From Gammaproteobacteria bacterium (lineage in GTDB: Bacteria > Pseudomonadota > Gammaproteobacteria > JBBQDK01), in contig JBGPWJ010000001.1 in assembly GCA_041492115.1 (NCBI GenBank), positions 1 through 49,005 on the forward strand: 49,005 nucleotides of DNA. The letters are read 5' to 3'. Within the stretch, counting starts at the first letter, position 1. Every line of letters starts with the position of its first letter. Positions 42,897-49,005 of the stretch are shown piece by piece. Position numbers and translations under genes: made by a program. The notes under the pieces were generated by a model. The model worked only from the letters and a program-made list of their open reading frames with translations, did not search any database and was not told where the DNA came from.

Positions 42897-45191
42897 TCAA
42901 CGCACCGCCGGCGTCGGCACGCCGGGTGGGATCACGTCGTTGGTGCGGAACGCCGCGTCGATGGCGAAGTTGAGATCACTTATCACTTGGCCGCCTTTGT
43001 TGACGTTGGCGAGGAAGCAGCGCAGTTCGAACAATAACGAGGCGTCGACGAAACTCAGGAACAGGACGGCGGGTTCGAGGCCGGGGTCCTTGAGCACCAT
43101 GGGGTGCGCGTGCGCGACCTCGAGCAGCAGTCGCTTGATGACTGCGGGATCATTGCCCGTGAAGGCGACCTTGACCGGCACGTGGATGCGGCCGTGTTTG
43201 TCGGCCAACGTCCAGTTGGTGACCCGGCCGGAGATCAGTTCCGAGTTGGGCACGATCACGTCGGCGTGATCGAAGGTCTGGATCCGCGTGGAGCGGATGC
43301 TGATGCGTTTCACGTAACCTTCGGTGTCGCCCACCACAATCCAGTCGCCGGTTTTGATCGGCCGCTCGAACAGCAGGATCAGGCCCGATACGAAATTGTT
43401 GACGATGTTCTGCAGGCCGAAGCCGATGCCCACCGACAGGGCGCCGGCGAGGATGGCGAGATTGGAAAACTCCATGCCGGCGATGCTCAGTGCTACCAGC
43501 ACGGCAATGGCGGCGCCGGTGTAGCCGGTGATGGTGACCAGCGCTTCGCGCGCGCTGCGTTCCATGTTGGTGCCTTGCAGCCAGTTGCGCTCCAACTGTC
43601 CCTTGAACCAACCACTGAAACCCAGCAGTAGCGTGAGGATGAGCGCGGCCAGTGCGATGCGTCCCGGCACGATGTGCAGCGATCCCACCGCGACGCCTTC
43701 CAGCAGATAGCCGTGCAATTGCTGGAAGCCGAGATCGGACAGGCCCCAGGTCCAGAGCACGCCCAGCAGGCAGGCGCTGACTATCGCCAGTGTCGTGAGC
43801 GGACGCAGCCAGGCCAGACCGGGCACGCTGTCGCCGGGTTTGATGCCGAGCGCGCCGCGCAGACGTTGCTGCCAGCGATGCGTGCCGCTGTCGAGGCCGT
43901 CATAGAATTCGCGCAGCAGACGCGACAACAGCATGGCGAGGCCGAGCAGCAGCAGGGTGCCGAACAGTCCGCGCAAGCTTGCTTGCGACAGATTGCGATA
44001 CCCCAGCCATTCCGCCGCGACGTTGAATAACAACGCCAGTTCAATACTGCGCCGCGGCCAGCGCACGGTGTTGAAGTAAGGCACATGCCCGAGCAGCCAC
44101 AGCGCCCACACCAGATTGAGTGCGAACACTACGATGAACACGGCGCGCAGCAGCAGCAGCGCCGGTTCGGGCAGGGCCTGTTCGAGCACAGTGGCGAACA
44201 GCAGGTAGCCGACGTAGAGCAGCAAGGCCAGCAGGCCGAGCCGGCGCATCAGCGCCTTGGCGATCGGTTCCGACAGCGCCAAACATACGCTGGTGGTGCC
44301 GGTGACGATGAACAGGCGGAACAGACACAGTAGCAGGATATAGATCGGCAGGCCGTAGGCGGCCAGATTGAGCAGCGGCAGTTCCGGTTGTGTGTGTCCG
44401 GCGGCGTAGAAGAAGGCCGCGATCAGCAGACTCGGCAGCAATGCCGGCAGGTAACGCACCAGCACTTGTGCGGCGGCGCGGTTCAGCGTGCTTCCAGGCG
44501 CGCTGTCCGCCGCGCTGTCCGGTCTGTTGCGGCGCAGCCGGCGACACAATGCCAGGCCGACTCCGAGGCCGAGCAGCGCCAGCCCGAGGAGAGACAAAAT
44601 GTCGTCCCTGCTGAGCTGTTCCATGCCGCTGCGTGTGCGAAGGTAGTCGTGGCTGGCAGCGATCCAGTCGGGTGCCTGCTGGAGATTTTCGCGCAGCAGG
44701 TTATTGACGCTGGGTCCGCGTGCCAACAATCGGTTGGTCAGCAATTGCTGTTGCAGTGTGCCGGCCTTTTTCAGCAGATCATCGCTGCGTAGAATCAGCA
44801 AATGACAAGTCGAGAGTAATTTTTCAGCATCGGCCTTGTTGGTGTTGAGGTCAGTCCGTGCGCGCGTCACATCGCGCGCTTCGCCGGGCAACGCGGCGCC
44901 CAGGGTTTGCATCTTTTGTAGCGTCTCGGCGAGCCTACCCTGAGTGTCGACGATGCAATCGCGGGCATGATCACGCAGTGCGCCCGCCTGCCGCAGCCAA
45001 GTGGTGTTGAGCGTGCTGTCCGTCGTGCCTTGCTTGAGTCCCTGTTCTATGGTGTCGAGCGTCTGGTCCATGGCCTTGGCATCGTCCACCGTGGCCGGTG
45101 TCTGGGCGGACAGCGCGACAGCGTGCAGCGCCAGCAGCAGCGCGAACAGCATCCGACGCACGAAGAGAAGACAGGGTCGTGTGTGCATCAT
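42897..45191 (-). CDS. Mechanosensitive channel, MscK/KefA-like (large MscS family)
   Basis: The protein has a signal peptide, a long periplasmic helical domain and multiple TM helices. The MscS core is GFGLQNIVNNFVSGLILLFERPIKTGDWIVVGDTEGYVKRISIRSTRI. Confidence 0.9.
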   Translation of the reverse strand: MMHTRPCLLFVRRMLFALLLALHAVALSAQTPATVDDAKAMDQTLDTIEQGLKQGTTDSTLNTTWLRQAGALRDHARDCIVDTQGRLAETLQKMQTLGAALPGEARDVTRARTDLNTNKADAEKLLSTCHLLILRSDDLLKKAGTLQQQLLTNRLLARGPSVNNLLRENLQQAPDWIAASHDYLRTRSGMEQLSRDDILSLLGLALLGLGVGLALCRRLRRNRPDSAADSAPGSTLNRAAAQVLVRYLPALLPSLLIAAFFYAAGHTQPELPLLNLAAYGLPIYILLLCLFRLFIVTGTTSVCLALSEPIAKALMRRLGLLALLLYVGYLLFATVLEQALPEPALLLLRAVFIVVFALNLVWALWLLGHVPYFNTVRWPRRSIELALLFNVAAEWLGYRNLSQASLRGLFGTLLLLGLAMLLSRLLREFYDGLDSGTHRWQQRLRGALGIKPGDSVPGLAWLRPLTTLAIVSACLLGVLWTWGLSDLGFQQLHGYLLEGVAVGSLHIVPGRIALAALILTLLLGFSGWFKGQLERNWLQGTNMERSAREALVTITGYTGAAIAVLVALSIAGMEFSNLAILAGALSVGIGFGLQNIVNNFVSGLILLFERPIKTGDWIVVGDTEGYVKRISIRSTRIQTFDHADVIVPNSELISGRVTNWTLADKHGRIHVPVKVAFTGNDPAVIKRLLLEVAHAHPMVLKDPGLEPAVLFLSFVDASLLFELRCFLANVNKGGQVISDLNFAIDAAFRTNDVIPPGVPTPAVR

Positions 45192-46204
45192 TGCCAGGCG
45201 TTACCGAGTGCGGCGGTGCGGGTTTTGTGGTGCAGGGTGAGCAGGCTGAGCAGCAGCAGGGCGGCCAGGGCGTTGTGCGCGGTGGCGAGCACGATGGGAA
45301 TACTGGTGAGCACGGCGCTGATGCCGATCAGGATTTCGGTGAGCAGCAACAGGAATACGGTGATGCCGCTGTCGCGGTAGATGCCGCCGGCACGGATCGC
45401 CAGGGCCGCGGTCCAGCCGAGGATCAGGAATGTCATCCAGGCGCCGAGGCGGTGCGCGCTGTGGATGGCTTGGGCCTCGTCGCCGCCGCTGACCACACCG
45501 GCCGCGTTCACCGGCAACACGCGCAGGATATCGAAGGCCGTGGTGATGGCCGGGCCCGGCAGCCAGGAGCCGTGACAATCCGGGAAGCTGGTGCAGGCGA
45601 GCGCAGCGAAATTGGCGCTGGTCAGACTGCCGAGCAGGATCTGTGCGCTCAGTACCAGCAGGCCCACGCTGATCCAGGTGTGCAGCGTGCGCGGCGTGGC
45701 GTAGCCGCCGCCGGTGTATCTGCGCGTGCGCAACCACAATAACCAGAGCAGCACCAGCATGCCGAAGCCGCCGATCAGATTACCCAGCACCACGGCCGGC
45801 CGGTGCAGATCGCCGGACCAGTTGCCGAGCACGGCGAGGAATACCGTGAGAGCCAGCAGCAGCAACGGTATCAGTACCGGAGCGCCTTTGCGGTGGCGCG
45901 CCAGGGATGCGACTGTCAGGGCGATGATGCCGATGCCGAGCAGGCTGGCGATAAAGCGGTGCGCGGCAGTTGCCCAGCCCTGCGGTGCGTGCTTTTCATT
46001 GACCAGTTGCTGGTAGGCTGAGACGGTGTCCGCCGTCGAGTGGCCGGCGGGATGCGCGGCAATTGTGCCGATCCGGCCGTAGCAGGCCGGCCACTCGGCG
46101 CAGCCCAGGCCGGCGTGATTGAAGCGGATGTAGGCGCTCAGCACTACCAGGGCGGCGACCAGCGCCAGACACACGATCACGAGTGATTGCAGAGTCCGGT
46201 TCAC
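45188..46204 (-). CDS. ctaA: Heme A synthase (COX15/CtaA)
   Basis: The N-terminal motif is AYIRFNHAGLGCAEWPACYG. The protein is polytopic with paired His-containing helices. Its stop forms an ATGA overlap with the downstream MscK-like start. Confidence 0.85.
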   Translation of the reverse strand: MNRTLQSLVIVCLALVAALVVLSAYIRFNHAGLGCAEWPACYGRIGTIAAHPAGHSTADTVSAYQQLVNEKHAPQGWATAAHRFIASLLGIGIIALTVASLARHRKGAPVLIPLLLLALTVFLAVLGNWSGDLHRPAVVLGNLIGGFGMLVLLWLLWLRTRRYTGGGYATPRTLHTWISVGLLVLSAQILLGSLTSANFAALACTSFPDCHGSWLPGPAITTAFDILRVLPVNAAGVVSGGDEAQAIHSAHRLGAWMTFLILGWTAALAIRAGGIYRDSGITVFLLLLTEILIGISAVLTSIPIVLATAHNALAALLLLSLLTLHHKTRTAALGNAWQ

Positions 46205-46269
46205 GAGGCTTGGCTGCGGGTGAAAAATGAATCAGTGGGATTACAGTTGCCGCATGCCACGTTTGATGC

Positions 46270-46306
46270 CCCCTCACCCTGGCCCTCTCCCCGGTGGGGA
46301 GAGGGG
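46270..46306. repeat. REP-like hairpin element, copy 6
   Basis: The sequence is cccctcaccctggccctctccccggtggggagagggg, between the DUF1566 gene and ctaA. Confidence 0.6.
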
Positions 46307-46323
46307 ATTGTTTTCATCTGCTG

Positions 46324-47019
46324 CTAATCATCCGGGTCCTTGACCTGAATCGCAAGTGTTCCGCGCACCAGGCGCAGGTATTTGGGGGTTTTCTTCCAGT
46401 CGACGCGGTCATAGCCGTAATCGAAACTCCAGGCCCAGGCGCCGGCGTAATGCGACCCGTAGGCGACGCCGGTCCAATACTGCGCCGCGTGTATGTCAGG
46501 GAAAAACCGCGTGTCGATCGTGGGACCGGGGTAGGTGATGCGCGGATCGTTGATGGTGGACAGTTCCTTTTGTGTTGGCAGGCGCCAGTCATGGGTGCCG
46601 CACAGGCTCTGGACATTCACGGCTTCGACATAGGCCGTGGTGTCGCAGGCGCTGCCGCTGCATTTGCCGCCATTGCGCATGCCGGCATTGCCGGCGTTGT
46701 GCTGTTTGTCGGGGTTGTACCAGGTGTAGGTATTGTCCTTGCTGCGCAGGCCGGCCTGCGTCGTTTTCACTTCCCAGATGAGGCCGGTGTGGCGATCAGT
46801 GACGCAGCTCCACGGTTGTGTCGCGAAGTCACCGTTGCCGGTGTAGGGCGCGCCATCGACGTTGAGGCGTTGAAAATCGAATGCCGGTGTCTGCGCGTTG
46901 TGGCCGGTGCCGCGACCGCAGGCGGTGAGCGTTATTACGCTGCACAGTGCGAGGCAATATAGGGCGCTTCGAACGCTACGTGTTGTGATCATGGTGTTGC
47001 TCCGTCTGAATGCCCGCAC
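46324..47019 (-). CDS. DUF1566 (Lcl C-terminal domain) lipoprotein
   Basis: The lipobox is LTAC, and the motif HDWRLPTQKEL is typical of DUF1566. Confidence 0.8.
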   Translation of the reverse strand: MRAFRRSNTMITTRSVRSALYCLALCSVITLTACGRGTGHNAQTPAFDFQRLNVDGAPYTGNGDFATQPWSCVTDRHTGLIWEVKTTQAGLRSKDNTYTWYNPDKQHNAGNAGMRNGGKCSGSACDTTAYVEAVNVQSLCGTHDWRLPTQKELSTINDPRITYPGPTIDTRFFPDIHAAQYWTGVAYGSHYAGAWAWSFDYGYDRVDWKKTPKYLRLVRGTLAIQVKDPDD

Positions 47020-47119
47020 GAAGCGAACAGGGTAGGGCGAGTATTACGCGCTGATCAAGCCGCAAGTGCATCAGCAGTGGCTAATGTACTGCATCATATC
47101 CGCAAAGAGTTTCCCCAGC

Positions 47120-47133
47120 TTGATTTATATCAA
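47120..47133. promoter_or_regulatory. Perfect consensus FNR/ANR/DNR box TTGAT-TTAT-ATCAA
   Basis: The site matches the consensus at 10 of 10 positions. It is centred about 76 bp upstream of the ATG at 47203, the first gene of the oxidase-like operon. Confidence 0.65.
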
Positions 47134-47202
47134 GTCGCAGACCATGGCAAATACAGTACAACTGCGTCACTGCGCACAACTGACGTTATATCGAGGTGAG
47201 CC

Positions 47203-47361
47203 ATGGCCGACCAGAGCAATCCGAACGAAGCCGATATTCCGGTAATGCAGAAGGTACTCGACAATCCCTTCCTGTTGCTGTTCCTGGGCGTGGTGATGCC
47301 CACGGTGTTCTACATTCTCTGGGGTGTGATGGAGATCGTCACCATCCCGATGGCCAAATAA
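47203..47361 (+). CDS. Small single-TM protein (52 aa), possible accessory subunit of the downstream heme-copper enzyme
   Basis: An RBS (GAGGTGAG) precedes the start. The product is MADQSNPNEADIPVMQKVLDNPFLLLFLGVVMPTVFYILWGVMEIVTIPMAK. The stop lies 16 nt before the subunit II start. The ORF is below the ORF-track size cutoff. Confidence 0.55.
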   Translation: MADQSNPNEADIPVMQKVLDNPFLLLFLGVVMPTVFYILWGVMEIVTIPMAK

Positions 47362-47377
47362 GACTGAGGAAACGCCC

Positions 47378-47941
47378 ATGAGCGCTATAGAACCGCCCGC
47401 GCAACGCATCTGGTGGAATCAACCTATCGATCGCGTCGAAGGTACCTGGATCGCGATCGCGCTGATCTGGTGTCTGATTCTGTTTGCCATGATGCCGTAC
47501 TGGCATGTGTACGGGAAACAGAATCTGTCCAACGAGGCCTACCGCACCACGCCCGAGGCCTATGCGGCCAAGGCCGAGGCCATGATCGCCAAGTACAAGG
47601 TGCGCACCCACGAGCAATCGGGGATGCCGGTCGTGCACCCGCCGGCGGGCAGCGATGTGTATCTGATCGCGCGCTTCTATCAGTGGTATCCGCTGCTTGA
47701 ATTCGAGCAGGGCAAGAGTTACCGCGTGCACCTGTCATCGATGGATTACCAGCACGGCTTCTCGCTGCAGCCGCTCAACATCAACATGCAGGTCATCCCC
47801 GGCTACGAGACCGTGGTCACACTCACGCCCGACTCGTCCGGTGAATTCACCATCGTGTGCAACGAATACTGCGGCATCGGTCACCACACCATGCTCGGTA
47901 AGATCTTCGTCGTCAAGTCAGGAGCGGACCATGGCAAATAA
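47378..47941 (+). CDS. Heme-copper oxidase-superfamily subunit II with CuA site (B-family/ba3-like)
   Basis: The protein has one TM helix followed by a cupredoxin domain. The CuA ligands are present: YQHGFS and CNEYCGIGHHTM. Confidence 0.9.
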   Translation: MSAIEPPAQRIWWNQPIDRVEGTWIAIALIWCLILFAMMPYWHVYGKQNLSNEAYRTTPEAYAAKAEAMIAKYKVRTHEQSGMPVVHPPAGSDVYLIARFYQWYPLLEFEQGKSYRVHLSSMDYQHGFSLQPLNINMQVIPGYETVVTLTPDSSGEFTIVCNEYCGIGHHTMLGKIFVVKSGADHGK

Positions 47942-49005
47942 CGAACTTTACAGAGTCTGTCCCCGCACCGGTCTGCAATACCACAAACCGGCGGAACTGC
48001 TGATGAAGGCCAACGCGGTCGCCGCAGTGGTCATCCTGCTGATCGGTGGTGTGCTGGCGCTGCTGGTAACCCTGACGCGCTGGCCGGCGGTGCATCTGCT
48101 GCCCGCCGACGGTTTCTATCAGGCGCTGACCGCGCACGGCCTCGACATGCTGATCTTCTGGATCATCTTCTTCGAAATCGCAATACTCTATTTCACGTCG
48201 AGTACGATATTGCGCTGCCGGCTGGCCACGCCGCGCATCGCCTGGCTGGGCTTCGCGCTGATGATCATCGGCGTGGCGACCGTCAACATCGCCATCCTGG
48301 GCGGCGATTCCAGTGTGATGATGACATCGTATGTGCCGATGCCGGCCAATCCGAAGTTCTATCTTGGGTTGATCCTGTTCGCGGTCGGCGCGTTGCTCGG
48401 TTGTTTTATTTTCCTCGGCACGCTGGTGATCGCCAAGGCGGAGCGTACCTATGAAGGTTCGATCCCGCTGGTGACCTTCGGCGCCTTGACGGCCTGCATC
48501 ATCGCCATCTTCACCATCGCTTCGGGCGCCATCATCCTGATTCCGACTTTCCTCTGGTCGATCGGTTATGTCAGCCATATTGATCCGCTGATGTACCGCG
48601 TAATCTGGTGGGCGATGGGTCACTCTTCGCAGCAGATCAACGTCGCGGCGCATGTCTCGGTGTGGTACGCGATCGCGGCGATCGTGTTCGGCGCCAAGCC
48701 GATGTCCGAGCGTGTCAGTCGCGGCGCCTTCCTGCTCTACATCCTGTTTCTGCAGTTGGCTTCGGCGCATCACATCCTGGTCGATCCCGGCATCAGTTCC
48801 GAGTGGAAGATCTTCAACACCAGCTATGCGATGTACCTCGCGGTGCTGGCGAGCATGATCCACGGCCTGACTGTGCCGGGCTCCATCGAGGTCGCACAGC
48901 GCGGCAAGGGCTTCAACAAGGGCCTGTTCGAGTGGATCCGCAAAGCACCCTGGGGCAATCCGGTGTTCTCCGGCATGTTCATGTCGCTGATCGGATTTGG
49001 CTTCA
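47931..49005 (+). CDS. Heme-copper oxidase-superfamily subunit I, B-family-like, atypical active site (3' end cut by window edge)
   Basis: The gene is not in the ORF track because no stop occurs before the window end. The frame is open from the ATG at 47931 (RBS AGGAGC, 11-nt overlap with subunit II). The product begins MANNELYRVCPRTGLQYHKPAELLMKANAV.... Recognisable motifs are TAHGLDMLIFW (low-spin heme His), WWAMGHSSQQINV (CuB His, with Gln at the position of the cross-link Tyr) and LASAHHILVD (the HH pair). Confidence 0.9.
   Translation, partial: MANNELYRVCPRTGLQYHKPAELLMKANAVAAVVILLIGGVLALLVTLTRWPAVHLLPADGFYQALTAHGLDMLIFWIIFFEIAILYFTSSTILRCRLATPRIAWLGFALMIIGVATVNIAILGGDSSVMMTSYVPMPANPKFYLGLILFAVGALLGCFIFLGTLVIAKAERTYEGSIPLVTFGALTACIIAIFTIASGAIILIPTFLWSIGYVSHIDPLMYRVIWWAMGHSSQQINVAAHVSVWYAIAAIVFGAKPMSERVSRGAFLLYILFLQLASAHHILVDPGISSEWKIFNTSYAMYLAVLASMIHGLTVPGSIEVAQRGKGFNKGLFEWIRKAPWGNPVFSGMFMSLIGFGF

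Overview
This is a high-GC proteobacterial chromosomal segment dominated by c-type cytochrome and respiratory functions. Genes from left to right:

- **1-4015:** the 3' part of a very large multiheme cytochrome built from tandem 46-aa diheme modules (25 CXXCH motifs visible). It is followed by a TPR plus beta-barrel outer-membrane protein.
- **About 4.1-10.7 kb:** a visibly lower-GC island. It holds an IS66-accessory-like remnant, a 1066-aa STAND ATPase with a C-terminal winged-helix/BTAD (SARP) output, two PEP-CTERM-type secreted proteins plus a frameshifted mini PEP-CTERM remnant, and a GGA-rich tract.
- **10719-16077, minus strand:** a tightly coupled four-gene operon encoding an Fe-S flavoprotein, a Sel1/ankyrin protein, a Zn-peptidase-like protein and an ATP-grasp enzyme.
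- **16375-23716, minus strand:** a complete System I cytochrome c maturation operon, ccmABCDEFGHI, interrupted by REP-like hairpin elements.
- **23782-37736:** an extracellular-electron-transfer locus. It contains an FNR-like regulator, a ComEA-like protein, an OmcA/MtrC-family decaheme lipoprotein, a truncated duplicate of the FNR gene with its promoter, a NapC/NirT (CymA-like) tetraheme, a diheme cytochrome c, mtrC-mtrA-mtrB, and a second CRP/FNR regulator. Near-consensus FNR boxes sit in its promoters.
- **About 38-47 kb:** assorted genes, namely an astacin-like metzincin, a K+ channel, a lipocalin-like protein, a methyltransferase, an MscK-like channel, heme A synthase and a DUF1566 lipoprotein.
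- **47120-49005:** a perfect FNR box in front of a B-family-like heme-copper oxidase operon (small TM protein, CuA subunit II, subunit I truncated by the window edge). The cross-link tyrosine position of subunit I is glutamine, which suggests a non-canonical, possibly NO-reducing, enzyme.

I count 61 canonical CXXCH motifs across six genes. No rRNA, tRNA or CRISPR array was seen. All calls come from reading the translations and the DNA by eye; no database search was run.
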